Positions 1 through 15,257 of a DNA stretch of 64,000 nucleotides are shown one piece after another (the first letter of the stretch is position 1; every line of letters begins with the position of its first letter). The position numbers and the translations under genes were made by a program. The notes under the pieces were generated by a model, which did no database searches, had not been told where the DNA came from, and saw only the letters and a program-made list of their open reading frames with translations. Source of the DNA: the human T2T-CHM13v2.0 reference genome, Homo sapiens; NCBI RefSeq assembly GCF_009914755.1, contig NC_060926.1; one strand, given 5' to 3'.

Positions 1-124
1 TCATTTTACATATTAGATTGTAAAGATTAGATAGGCTTTTTTTGAAAATACAATTTTGCAAACAGGCTTATCAGTAACTGTTGATTTTCATTTGATTCTG
101 CTGAATTTTTTTGTCTTATTTTAG

Positions 125-352
125 GCAGCTAATCCAGGTTGCTCCCTGGAAGATTTTGTGAGGTGGTATTCACCCCGGGATTATATTGAAGAGGAGGTGA
201 TTGATGAAAAGGGCAATGTGGTGCTGAAAGGAGAACTGAGTGCCCGGATGAAGATTCCAAGCAATATGTGGGTAGAAGCCTGGGAAACAGCTAAGCCAAT
301 TCCTGCTAGAAGGCAAAGGAGACTCTTTGATGATACACGGGAAGCAGAAAAG
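125..352 (+). CDS. RAB3GAP1: Rab3 GTPase-activating protein catalytic subunit, internal coding exon (AANPGCSLEDF...EAEK)
   Basis: AG at 123-124, GT at 353-354; 228 nt phase 0/0; translation matches recalled RAB3GAP1 C-terminal region; splices in frame to 9031. Confidence 0.97.
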
Positions 353-639
353 GTAATTGAGGTTTGAGTCTCTAATACTAGAATGCAAATTACTGTTCTT
401 ATGATTTAGGAACTCACTGTCATAGACGTGAGAGTTTTGGACACACTTGAGGTGCAAAGCATTGAAATTCAATGAGCGTTTTATATATCTACTATTCACA
501 TTTAAGATTCTAGAACTAGTTGCAAATAGGGCAAATAATAGGCATGCATAGTTTAAACAGACTGCTTACCATTGAACTGTCTCACAGTATATGTTAAAAG
601 TGTTAAAAATGGGTATGTCCTTTGAGCTAGCAGTTCTAT

Positions 640-3560
640 CACCAAAACATTTTTTAAGGAAATAATGAGAAATATACAAAGATCTATGTATATAAATGAT
701 GTTCAACAAAGTTCTTAAGTGAAAAAGTAGAAACAACCAAAGTTTCCAACAACAGGGACTTGGTTCAATAAATTATGGTATATCCATTAGTGGCCAGCTT
801 TACAGCAGCTATTAAAAAACATTTGGAGTTATGGAGAATATAGTGGCACCTGCCTGATATTTAATTGCCCTGCACACCTTCCTACCTCCTCCACCCCCCC
901 AAGAAAATCCCGTGAAATCAATAAGTAAATAAATCCATGCATTCAGCATTACTAAGAGATAGAAATTGCAATGACCTTCAAATTAACAGTAAATAGAGAA
1001 ATAAGCCAAATTCCAGTGGAGCTCCCACTGCTCTCAGTCTTTGCAGATATATTGAGTAGGGGGCAGGAAAAGAAAAAGAGCCAAGAGATACAGAAGACTT
1101 AGATGAAACACAAAGTCACCCCAGAAAGAGAGAGCCTAACACTACATGCCAAAACACTGAACACAGGTAGGGTTTGCTAGTTCACAGCACTTGCCACAGG
1201 GAAGGGACTTGAATGTAAACAGGGCTAGAAATGGAGCCTTGGAGAAAATCAGATATACAAAGAAGGAGTGGATGGGAATGATGAGAAAAAGGAAATAAGA
1301 GGGGAAAATTAAGGATCTTGCGGAAATGAAAGAAAAACAAGACAACCAGCCTCCCTCATCTCCCTCTATCCATTAAAGAAACTTCAGAAGAGGGCACTTT
1401 GAAGCTATTTGTGATATTACTAGGAATAGAAGAGAACAGACCACATCCATATAAAACTACTTTACAAAACAGAAAATGCAAATCAGCTCATTTCAGGTAA
1501 TGAAAATATTTCCCAGAAAATCAGTCACAAAGCAGAAGAAAATTGTAACATAACATTCCAAACTGAATCAGATATCCTCAAACAGTTAAGGAGGATATGA
1601 AAAAACCATGTTTAATCAGAAATACTAAAATCAAGAACAGAGATGGACCAAAAAACCCCACAAAGAAATGAAACCACAACTGATTTAGCTCAGGATAGAA
1701 GTAAAAGAAAAAAGAAAACCATATAAAAAATGAAGACTAAATTACAAGAGGCCCAAGTTTAAATTTTATAAAGGGCATTGAAGAAAAGTGGGAAAAGAGC
1801 CCAGAAAATGAAAATGAGATATAGGAGTAAAAGGAATTGAAGAGAAAGTAGTATAAATGAAAGATAAGAAAAGTCAGAATATGCAATTCATTAGTTTCCT
1901 TTAAGGAGAAAAATCAGAATACTAAGACAGAACTAATACAGTCCCTATGGCTTAACAAAGAGGATACGTTTTGAGAAGCTCCTCATTAGGCAATTTTGTT
2001 ATCATGGGAACATCATAGAGTGTACTCACATAGACCCAGATGGTATAGCCTACCACTCAGGCTAGAAAATTAGTGGAATACAAACTTTCTATTAAACAAT
2101 ATGGGTGAAAGGGGAAAATACAAATTGAAAGTACAGAATTTTTGAAAAACAGTGAGGATGAAAACATATGAACCTATAGGCTATACTTAAGAAATTGATG
2201 AAAGGAACTTTCATAGCCCTGTATCAGTAAAAACAAAAGGATGAAAATAAATGAATTAAATTCCTAACTAAAAACCCTAGAAAAAAAGTCAAATCAAAAG
2301 AAAACAAAAGGAAGCAAATGAAAAGGAGAGAGTGTAGAGAACACAAAACAGATGAAATTAATGAGTTCAATCTAGTTCTTTTAAAATCAACAAAATAGAG
2401 AAGCCATTAGCTAATTTAATCAAGAAAAGGGAGAGCACATATATATAATAAAATAATAAATGACAAAAAGGGCACATATTAGTAACTACTGATACAGAGG
2501 AAATGTGTTAAAAATACTACTTTGCACATCTCTGTGTATGTAAATTTGAAAATCAAGTTGAATTAGACAATTTCCTAGGGAAATTCCTACCAAAAATATA
2601 ATGTATATCAAAACTACCCCCAGTAAAAACAGAAAGTATAAACAGACAAATTTTCATAGAGACAATTATCAAGGAACTGCCACATTAAAAAGAACCAGGC
2701 CCAGATGGTTTCACAGGGAAATTCAACTAAATATCAAGAAACCATATAGTTCCAATGCTACATAAATTATTTCAACACATAATAATTGGAGGAAATTTTC
2801 CAACTTCTCTCTGTGAAGCAACTATAACATTGGTACCTAAACCTGGTAAAGATAGCATATTTTTAAAAATAGCAGACCAGTAATACTTAAGAAATTTAAT
2901 GCAAAATCGGAAGTAAACAGACTCTAATATCATTTTAAGAAAACAATACATGTTGATCAAATATGAGGATGATTATTTAGAAGTCTGTTTATATAATTTG
3001 CTTCCTTAATAGATTTAAGTAGAAAATTGTATCTCTATTTATGCTGAAAAAACTTTTGATAAATTTAACTTAAAACTCTTGGGAAAAGAGTGGAATAGAT
3101 GGCTACTTCCTTAAAATCAGAAAATATATAGAAACTTTAGTCCTAAACACAGCATCTTAATTTGGGAAGCCTTAGGGGTCACTAAGGTCAGGAACAAAGC
3201 AAGGATGCCTGACATCTCCACTGCCAATCAAAATTGTTCTGCAGGTATTAGCTAGTGTAATTAGCAAGAGAAAGCAGAGGCATGGGAGTTGAAAGAAGAA
3301 CTCTGTTTGCAGTGGTATGACTCTATACTTGGAAAAATTCAAAAAGTCAATGTTAAAACTAATAAAAACAAAAGAATCCAGGAAGGCAGCATGATATATA
3401 GTTAACATACAGTAATCAGTAGCATTCATATACACTAATAACCATTTAGAAGATCTAAATATAATTTTCATTATAAGGGGAAAGTAAAATACTTAACAGA
3501 AAATATTTGAAATCTTAATGAAGAAAACAAAACGCTCCTCAAAAACACACTTGAACAACA
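640..3560 (+). mobile_element. Old degenerate L1 (L1M-type) ORF1/ORF2 fragments
   Basis: A-rich L1-like text, e.g. accaggcccagatggtttcacagggaaattc (~2694) and taaggtcaggaacaaagcaaggatgcc (~3183); boundaries approximate. Confidence 0.75.
1939..2064. mobile_element. Tigger3/MER47-like DNA transposon fragment
   Basis: ggatacgttttgagaa...aacatcatagagtgtactcacatagacccagatggtatagcctac resembles recalled Tigger3/MER47 end. Confidence 0.65.
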
Positions 3561-3571
3561 GAAAGATAGCC

Positions 3572-3793
3572 CTCAAACTCCTAGGCTCAAGTGATTCTCC
3601 TGGCCCAGTTTCCCTAGTAGCTAGGACTACAGGTGAACACCATGATGCCCAACTAATTATTTTTCTTAATTTTTTATAGAGATTAGATCTCACTGTGTTG
3701 CTCAGGCTGATCTCAAACTCCTGGCCTGAAGCAATTCTCCTGCCTCATCTTCCGAAAGTGTTGGGATTACAAGTGTGAGCCACTGTGCTAGCC
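3572..3793 (-). mobile_element. Alu (old, partial)
   Basis: Reverse-complement Alu motifs (aagtgttgggattacaagtgtgagccac). Confidence 0.9.
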
Positions 3794-4027
3794 TATGCTT
3801 TACTTATTCCAAAAAAATAACAAGAATGGAAAGAGGAAAAATAAACCTGAAAGCAAGTTGAGATACATTAATCCAGCTGTATTTTAAATGAGTAACATAA
3901 CCACACCGACGGGGATTGGTGAAGGGAGGATGGAAAATCTAATCCAAGTGATTTATCGACACATCAAATGTGTTTGACTGTATACTGTCAGTTGTGGTGG
4001 GGGATGGGACTGCAAGAAAAATCTTGA

Positions 4028-6148
<2,121 letters not shown>

Positions 6149-6649
6149 CCGCGTACATACATACATGCTGACAGCATTATTCATGACAGCCAAAAAATGG
6201 AACAAACCCAAATGTCTGTCAGTGATGAACAGATAAGACAAATATGGTCTGTCCATGCAATGGAGTATTATTCAGCCATAAAAAGGAATGAAGCACTGAT
6301 ATGTGTTACAACATGGGTGAATCTTGAAAATATTATGCTCAGTGAAAGCAGCCAGAAAACAATGGGCTGCATGTTGCGTCGTTCCATTTATATGAAAGGA
6401 CCAGAATAGGCAAGTCCATAGAGACAGTAAGTTAGATTAGTAGTTGGCAGCAGTGGAGATTAGGAATGGGGGAAATCAGGAGTGGCTGCTTTGGGGTACT
6501 GGGTTTCTTTTGGGGGAGATGAAAGAAAATATTCTGGAATTAGATAATGGTGATGGTAACATAACCTTGCAAATATGCTAAAAACCACTGAAGTTATCCA
6601 TTTTAAAGTGGTGAATTTTATGGTATGTGAGTTATAACTCAATTTTTAG
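6149..6649 (+). mobile_element. 5'-truncated L1MB 3' end inserted in older L1
   Basis: L1MB 3'UTR text; 12-bp direct repeat aaactaaggaaa at 6137-6148 and 6650-6661 (TSD). Confidence 0.8.
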
Positions 6650-6865
6650 AAACTAAGGAAATCTGAATACAGTATGGAATTTTAGTTAGCCAAAAAGTAG
6701 GGAGGAAGAGGAAACTATACTCAAAATGCCAATGTTATAAAAGACAGAGTGAAAAGCTGTTGCAGATTAGTTGAGATTAAAGAGCTATGATAACTAAAGG
6801 CAATGGATGATCCTTACCAAGACTTGTAGTGGTTGAGGGAAAGGGTCATAAAAGACACATTTTGC

Positions 6866-7175
6866 GGCCGGGCGCGGTGGCTCATGCCTGTAATCTCAGC
6901 ACTTTGGGAGGTTGAGGTAGGTGGATAATTTGAGGTCAGGAGTTCGAGACCAGCCTGGCCAACATAGTGAAACTCCGTCTTTACTAAAAATACAAAAATT
7001 GGCCGGGCAGTAGTGGCCATGTGCCTGTAGTCTTAGCTACTCAGGAGGCTGAGGCAGGAGAATCGCTTGAGCCTGGGAGGCGGAGGTTGTGGGGAGCCAA
7101 GATCGCACCACTGCACTCCAGTCTGGGCCAACAGAGAAAGACCCTGTCTCAAAAAAAAAAAAAAAAAAAAAAAAA
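6866..7175 (+). mobile_element. AluS
   Basis: Full dimer with long A tail; aaaagacacat flanks. Confidence 0.95.
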
Positions 7176-9030
7176 AGACACATATGGGATCAGTTGACAA
7201 AACTGCAATAAAGATAGTAGGTTAGATTACAATTATTTTTATCAGTGTTAAATTTATTGTATATAATCAGAATCATTTGCATTTTGATTATATAATAAAA
7301 TATTTTTAATTTTAGGAAATACAGATATTTTGGGATAAGGGACATGAGTGTGCGACTTATTCTGAAATTATTCGAAACAAGTTTATGTCTATAGTATGTA
7401 CACACATGAAAGCAGAGAAAGATGCAAGGGATCCAGAACAGAGGAGGGAGACAGGTCATACGTGAATCCAGGTAAAGGGGAATCACATATTTCACGTTAT
7501 TCCTGCAAATTTGTTTTTCTGTGAATCAGGGGAAAACAAAATTCAGAAAGGTGGGTATTAGCAAGGATGTACAACAGAGGGAACTCATTACTCTAGATAA
7601 GAATGTAAATCTGTTGAAACACTTTGTAGGATAATTATGTTGTACATTTCCTAGTTCAATTGTTAGGTATATATCCTAAAGTAATTGCTGTACATGTCCC
7701 ATTTGCACCAGGAAATATGTGCAATAATGTAATAGGAGCATCATTTGTAATAGCCAAAAACTGAGGAGCTATCCACTACTATTAGTGTAGGAACATTTTA
7801 ATACAGCAGTGAAAATGAGTAAACTATAGCATATTGGAATGGTATACGAATATCAAAATACTGAATGAAAAAAAGCAAGTCACTGAGGGCTATAAACAGA
7901 AACACTCCATTAATATAAAGGTTAAAACTAGACAAAAGTAAACAATATATTATTTAAGGCTACATATGTGAAAAAAACCATAAAGAAAAGCAAAAGAATG
8001 ATTTGTAGTTAATTCTGGGGATGGAGGGTACACAGGAGGACTTGGAAAAGCCTGGTAACATTCTGTTTCCTAAGCTGGTGTTTTCTTTAAACTATTTCTA
8101 ATACTCTAGTATGTATATTTCTTAATTTAAAAAAAGTTTCAAATCAGACAAAACTCTCTAAGCCAAAAAAAAGTCCACCACAAGTCATTAAATAAAGCAA
8201 ATAATAAAACAGTATGTAAGTTATTAATTTTTGTTAAGAAATTACATATGCATCTACATTTTTGTGTTTAAATGGACATACAAGTAGTTTGAGAGGATAA
8301 ACACGAAAATGTGGTTTTGGGGAAGTAGGATTTCAGGAAAATTTCTGCATCACCTGTATTTTTTTTAAAATTTTGAAATCCATGAGCATTTATCAGTCAG
8401 ACTCACATTATGAGATTATACTTCTTAAAATTTTTATTGATGTAAAAGAATTGTACATATTTATAGGGTTATACTTCTTTTATCTTTACTGTTGAATAAG
8501 GAGCCTAAAGGTAGGGTCCATGTTTTGTACATACTTCTCTGTATTCTTATAATAAGAATTGGAAAAAAAATAAACCAAAACAACTAAAACCAAAAAATGT
8601 GTGGGAAGTCACTAACAATGTTTAGAAATATTAAGTGAGAAAAGCAGGTTAAAAGGCAGTATTTTACATATTTAATATTAGTGCCCTTAGTACGTGTATT
8701 CTGCGTCTTAAAATGAAAATGCTCCACTGTCAATGGTTGTTTTCTCTTGGTATTGTAATCAGTCGGTAGTTTTTATTTTCTTTGTATTTTCCTTATTTGT
8801 GTGTATTACATAAGAAAGCAGAAAAAAATAGAATATTTATAATTATTAAAGATTGAAGTTCTTAGGTGCTTTCAGTAACATTATCCTCACCTTTGGGGTC
8901 GTGGCTGCCTATCTGGAGTGCTGTCTTGTTAAGGATTAAGATGAGTGGCTGAGGATTTGCACTTCTGTAAGTGGCTGCTTCATCCTTTGACACCTGCGCT
9001 GATCATTTGTGTGCGCTGCACCTCCTTCAG

Positions 9031-9127
9031 GTGCTGCACTATCTGGCAATCCAGAAACCTGCAGACCTTGCTCGGCACCTGTTACCTTGTGTGATTCATG
9101 CAGCTGTACTCAAGGTAAAGGAAGAAG
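9031..9127 (+). CDS. RAB3GAP1: RAB3GAP1 coding exon (VLHYLAIQK...KVKEE)
   Basis: cctccttcAG|GTG; G|GTaaat; 97 nt, frame continuous with neighbours. Confidence 0.96.
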
Positions 9128-9223
9128 GTAAATGTCATATTTAACTAGTCATTAGTCATTTCCAAAGTGAAAGTATATTTTGCTTAATTTATTTAATGCT
9201 GGCTTCAATCTTTTCTAAAATAG

Positions 9224-9327
9224 AAAGTCTCGAAAACATTTCTTCAGTTAAGAAGATCATAAAGCAGATAATATCCCATTCCAGTAAAGTTTTGCACTTC
9301 CCCAATCCAGAAGACAAGAAATTGGAA
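9224..9327 (+). CDS. RAB3GAP1: RAB3GAP1 coding exon (SLENISSVKK...DKKLE)
   Basis: tAG|AA; GAA|GTaagt; 104 nt after a 96-nt intron; frame continuous. Confidence 0.96.
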
Positions 9328-9461
9328 GTAAGTTTGATGTAGTGTCAGAATCTTGCCAAGTGTTCTCCTCAGTTGGCAAAAATAATTTTTAAGATGCGTT
9401 TTCAAAGGGCTTTGCTTTTTTGCCATCTCGCAATGTATGCCTCTTCCTTTTCTACCGCCAG

Positions 9462-9577
9462 GAAATCATTCACCAGATTACTAATGTGGAAGCTCTCATT
9501 GCCAGAGCTCGGTCACTAAAAGCCAAGTTTGGAACTGAGAAATGTGAACAGGAGGAGGAAAAGGAAGATCTTGAAAG
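9462..9577 (+). CDS. RAB3GAP1: RAB3GAP1 coding exon (EIIHQITNVE...EKEDLE)
   Basis: cAG|GAA; AG|GTaatt; 116 nt after a 134-nt intron. Confidence 0.96.
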
Positions 9578-11069
9578 GTAATTGCTATTTGGCTAATTCA
9601 GTTTTGTCTGCAGTAGGAAAAGCCACCACTCTCTTAAGAAAAATTGTAATAGGATATTAAGACTCTTTTGTGGTAATCATATATTATTTGAAACAAGCAT
9701 TGTCTAGAGACAGAAATAATTATCATAGCATTTGACCTCTCCCGTATTTCTGAGTCTCTACCAGGTGTTTCCATTCTTCCCACTTTTAGAAACAGTCTCC
9801 CAGAGCCTCCTTTTCTAGGGATTCCTTGGTTTGCTCTTGGAGATGTGGTGTCTGGAATTTCTTGTGGAGGAGCTGTTAACTGTGTTGCTCACCCTGCCCC
9901 AAAACTTTGTTTTCAGCTGTTACTATTCCTTGACCACAGGGTGCAGGTGCTGAAACCATTTCTGCTTACTGTTCCTAGTTGTTTATTTTAAACAAGATTT
10001 GTGATAGCAAAGGTGCACATCCTATGTGCCTTGCGATTATGTTTTGAAAGATTGACCAGATGGCTTTTCTCAGATGAAGCAAATGATTGGGGCATTCTCT
10101 TTATGAGACTCGGCACCATTACCAATGGAGCTTAGATCAGTGTGAGGCCCTGTTCATTTTTTGCCCATGTTATTTGGAAGGACAATATTGTTTTAATGTG
10201 TGATAAAGTGTTCACAAATTAGCTTGTTCAGTGGCTTAAATTTGTCATCATTTAAAAATTTTCATTAGCCTTTCCATAATAAATGGCATTATTGATGCTA
10301 AATAATTAATATTGTATGGCAAGGCATTTGCTGTCTTTTAACAAGTTTGTGTTTGAATTTTATGTCTTTTGTTAGGTGAAGTTTTCTCCCACACTGCTTT
10401 GCTCTTGAAAATGTCTTCCTTTTAAATGAGAAGAATAAGCTCTAATCAAGGGACTCGTTTCTAAAATAGTAGAGTATGAATTAGTGAGCAGGTGGTGCAG
10501 GTTTGGTGGCTTTGTGCCTTCAACTCTGTTAGTTCCACCATACGTTATCTGTGACATACTTGGAAGTTCAGTGTTTCCAGCATCTAATGGCACAGTTTAC
10601 AATTGCGACTTTGCCCAACACAAGTATTTTAAGCATATGTGCACGTGTGCGTGCACACACAGACACATACCCCTTAAAAAAAACAAAAACAAATATGGAT
10701 CATTGCTTTTATTGGATAAATATAACTTGGTTTATATTATACAATTTTTTTTTCATCTTTTATTAACTGTAGCATTTTCTAAGCTTCTAGTCTGAAAAAA
10801 ATAGACTGAATATTTTTTCTTACACTTTGACAGAGATAGGCTTTAAACATTTTTTATGAGCACAGGTGAAAAAGCAGGAAGATTGTCAGTTAAGTCGATA
10901 ATAATTCCAAATGTCAATCTTATCTTGCTGTAAAATTTCACTCCAACCTTGTTGGGTTTAGCCAGTATCAGCTTGAGGATTTGTCCACAAAACTCCTGTG
11001 GGAGGATGGACGCCCAGTGGCCTGGACAGCTCACTTTCCACCCTTTCATTGCCTGTCTCTGTCTCCTAG

Positions 11070-11172
11070 GTTTGTGAGTTGCCTGCTGGAGCAGCCTGAA
11101 GTGTTAGTCACCGGTGCAGGAAGAGGACATGCTGGCAGGATCATTCACAAGCTGTTTGTGAATGCCCAGAGG
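11070..11172 (+). CDS. RAB3GAP1: RAB3GAP1 coding exon (FVSCLLEQPE...VNAQR)
   Basis: ctcctAG|G; AGG|GTatgt; 103 nt; inside ORF 10981..11193. Confidence 0.97.
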
Positions 11173-12301
11173 GTATGTGAGAGTCATTATTGACTCCATC
11201 ATAATCTCTCCAAACCTCTACTTGGGAAGAGGCTGTTTTAGTTCCCACACGTGGCTGATCACACTCATGTCACCTGAGTGTAAGTCTGGGCATTGGGTTT
11301 GAACACTGAAGAAACAATGACTTCTGAGTCTTCGAAATCCATTTGATTTCTTACATGTTGAATTAAAATGATAAGTATATTCTAGGACCTAAATTTTAAA
11401 AATTAGAAGAGTCCAAAATCCATTGTTATAGAAGCTGGCAGGGAGTCAGTTAGCAATGGCCAGTGCTGTGCTGTGGGAAAAAATGTTTACTCACAGGTAC
11501 TTTCAAATGAGAATGGAGTTCAGTTTTACCATCTTTAAACCCCATGTAGGGCAAAGTGGAGTCACAACTCAGCTTGAATTATAAATATAATTGTTCTTGT
11601 AATGGTGAGGAGATCTACCTTTGAGGTTTCCTAGAAAAGAAGAGGAAAACTTCAGATTTTTAGGGCTGTGGAAACAGATTTCAGCACAGAAAGAAAGCCC
11701 AGTTTGAAAAATTATCATAACCATTACCTCTAGTAGTGAAAGTAAAGATTTTAAAATTATATTGTATCTTGGTTACTGGCTAAGGGCTCTGGCATCCTAC
11801 AGATAATTCTCAGTTCAGGGCTCATTAATATTAGGGATTCTGATAAAGGCGTTATGTGCACTAATTACACGCTTCCCCTTATATGGCACTGTGATTACAC
11901 TAGAATGACCCAGTTTTGAGAGTGTAATTTTCAGAAACAAATAAGAAAAAGAATTTCTATGTGTCTACACGTGGAATAACAACTGGATAATCCCTGTAGA
12001 GTTGGTCTGGAGTACAACTAGTTAATATATTCAAATTCATAGCCAAATACACTGATAGGAATTCTTAGCAAGAGCTAAAATCTGAGTTTGTTTATGGGGC
12101 AGCTCCCTAAACCTCAGAATTTCAAATTAATAACCAAATATTTATTTCCTTATAAATTAGACTTCTAGCAAACAATAGATGCTTGCTTTGATTTATTTTG
12201 TTTTTCTCTCTGGCATGAAAACAAGAACCGAGTTTGGTTCCACATCTGATAATATCTATCCAGTTCACTACCCAGAAGCTTACAAGCGCATTTCCTTGTT
12301 A

Positions 12302-12657
<356 letters not shown>

Positions 12658-12816
12658 GTTATGTGTTAAGAGGATTTAAAATGTGAAGTATTTATATTTT
12701 TAGTCCTGAGATTGTTACTTATTTTAGATAACTAAGCAAAATTATTTTCCCCAAAATAGAAATAACCTCCTTACCCCCTCTACTGACTGCAAGTAAAACT
12801 TTGACAATATAGGAAC

Positions 12817-13128
12817 TTTTATATTTATTTATTCATTTTTTAAAGAGAGGGTCTCACTCTGTGGTCCAGGCTGGAGTACAGTGGCAAGATCATAACTCAC
12901 TGCAGCCTTGAACTCCTAGGTTTAAGCAATCCTCTTGCTTCAACCTCCCAAGAAGCTGGAGCCACAGGCATGCACCACCACGCCCAGTTAATTTTTATAT
13001 TTTTTGTAGGGACGGGGTCTCACTTTGTTGCCCAGGCTTATCTAGAACTCCTGGTTTCAAGCAATTCTCCTTCCTTAACCTCCCAAAGTGCTGAGATTAT
13101 AGGTGTGTGTGAGCTATCACACCTGGCC
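12817..13128 (-). mobile_element. AluJ-like
   Basis: Diverged reverse-complement Alu dimer. Confidence 0.9.
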
Positions 13129-14168
13129 TAGAAAATTATAAGAAAATATTAATCACATAATCTCACTACCCATTGATGATTTAACATCTAGTATATACAT
13201 ATGTATATATAATTTTAAAAGTAGGGTTATATTATATAATTACTTCATTATTCTTGTTTTCCACTTAATATACTTAAGATATCTTTCAAAATCACTAAAT
13301 ACAGGAACATAGTATATCATCTTTCAGTAGCCTCATTGTATAGCTAACCCCCTTAATGGCTACTGAAATTGTACATCCATCTACATTATGTCATTTAAGA
13401 AAAGATTTTAAAGTTTTCAGACCTTGTAGTGAATGTTTTTAGGGAATTGGTAGACTGTGTAATACATATAACAAGCATCTGGTTGGTACATTTTTAAACT
13501 CAGTTTTAAATGTCTGGCTGAAGTAAACTGTTAGAATTTATTCATGTAACTTTTCATTAGCTGATACTTTATATCAATTTTACTAATTAGTCAAGATTTT
13601 AACACATTTTTTTAAAAAGTTGTGATGTAATTTCACTTGGTGTTTTTATAGCTTATAGTAATTCTATATATTTATAACTTTTCTTTAAAATTATAAATAG
13701 TAATAAGCCTTATCATGATTATAGGTATCTCTGGTATGTACATACTTAAATGGAATTCAGCAAATAAATGACTGACTGGATTTCGCTTCAGACTTGCTAG
13801 ATTGAATAACTGTTAGGCACCTATTCCTAAATTCTATTTTTCAAGCCATGAACACTTTTTTTTTTTTTTGCATCATAATTCCCAGTAAAAGAGCTAGGTT
13901 TTTGTTGTTCATTTCTCCCATTAAATGACATCATATGTCACCTGTTGAGCCATGGATGCATGAGTAGTAGTAGATGTCTGCTGTAGTTGACAGCTGGGTG
14001 TGCTGTGTTTGGTGTGACTTTGTCTTGAATATTCTTTTGATAGGATCATGTTCCATAATGTAGTGCATACTGTCTTTGAAATAATCCTGAACTCCCTTGT
14101 CTAGCCCTATTTAAACCATCTTGCTTGTTTCCCTTTCATCACTGTTTCTTTTCTTACCCCTTCTCAAG

Positions 14169-14189
14169 CTGACTGAATCTTCTGATGAG
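14169..14189 (+). CDS. RAB3GAP1: RAB3GAP1 alternative 21-nt microexon (LTESSDE)
   Basis: Long pyrimidine tract + aAG, CTGACTGAATCTTCTGATGAG, then GTaac; phase 0/0 between NAQR and AAAMT; fits my recall of a 7-aa longer isoform. Confidence 0.85.
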
Positions 14190-15020
14190 GTAACAAAATA
14201 GCCTTTGCCCCTCATAGTTCCTTGTTCCTTCCCATCCCTCTAATTTCATAAGGTCATTAACACTAACCACCTCTCTCACAGTCTGGATTTGGCTTACCTA
14301 CCTTGCTGATGTTTAGCGCAACATGATTTCATGTTTCCATTGCCAAAACAATTTTTTTTCCCAAATTGATGGTATTAAAAAAAGTACAGTAATCAGAATT
14401 AAAATTGTAGGCTGTAAATGAACATGCATTTTATGTCATTTCAATGAAAAAATAGATGCCTTTAATATTGCGAACTTCTCTTTTGTGGTCATTGCTATAT
14501 GGGCCTCTATCACTTCGGCATCACATTAGCTGCCCAGCAAGCAAGACCAATGCCCCCACTTTTAATTTGGCAAGTGAACCTTAAAAAGAATCGATTAAAA
14601 AATTCTTACCCAGAGTCAAGATGAAAATCATCTTTTCACTCTGGAGAAAAACAGCTCCTTACTGGACTGAGGCTGTCAGACGTAGACTTGGGTCATTGCT
14701 GGAAGAAACATAGAAAGCAGCACAGCTCCGAGGTCCTTTTTCATCAGATGTGTAAATATGGCCTTCTCTCTTCAGAGCAGATTGCCTGGCAGTCATCATC
14801 CCTCCTGTCTGTCTCCAGCCCGGCTGCTCATGCAGTGTCTCAAGCTTCTTGCATTTGCTGTGTTATGTGGTTTTTGAGTAATCTTAACATATAGCTGACT
14901 GCATTACTGAGTAACGTGGGACATTTTCATATCTTTATTATGTTAATTCATCTGTCCTTCAAAAGCATCTGAGTTTAGCATTTGACCTGCTTTTGACTTT
15001 AGCATTTGATTCTTTTCCAG

Positions 15021-15257
15021 GCTGCAGCTATGACTCCACCAGAGGAGGAATTGAAGAGAATGGGCTCCCCAGAGGAAAGAAGGCAGAACTCCGTGTCAGA
15101 CTTCCCACCCCCTGCTGGCCGGGAATTCATTTTGCGCACCACTGTGCCGCGCCCTGCTCCCTACTCCAAAGCTCTGCCTCAGCGGATGTACAGTGTTCTC
15201 ACCAAAGAGGACTTTAGACTTGCAGGTGCCTTTTCATCAGATACTTCCTTCTTCTGA
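15021..15257 (+). CDS. RAB3GAP1: RAB3GAP1 last coding exon (AAAMTPPEEE...SSDTSFF*)
   Basis: ttcttttccAG|GCT; stop TGA 15255-15257; matches RAB3GAP1 C-terminus. Confidence 0.97.
   Translation, partial: AAAMTPPEEELKRMGSPEERRQNSVSDFPPPAGREFILRTTVPRPAPYSKALPQRMYSVLTKEDFRLAGAFSSDTSFF

Noticed and set aside
2578-2587. GGGAAATTCC kB-like motif
   Set aside because: Isolated motif within decayed L1 ORF2 sequence; expected by chance.
10360-10380. tttgttAG|GTgaag as a cryptic acceptor or recursive splice site
   Set aside because: The intron is only 1.5 kb, no matching donor was identified, and such motifs are common by chance.
10633-10661. Short hairpin / alternating purine-pyrimidine run (tgtgcacg-tgtg-cgtgcaca)
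   Set aside because: Typical by-product of a degenerate (TG)/(CA) microsatellite.
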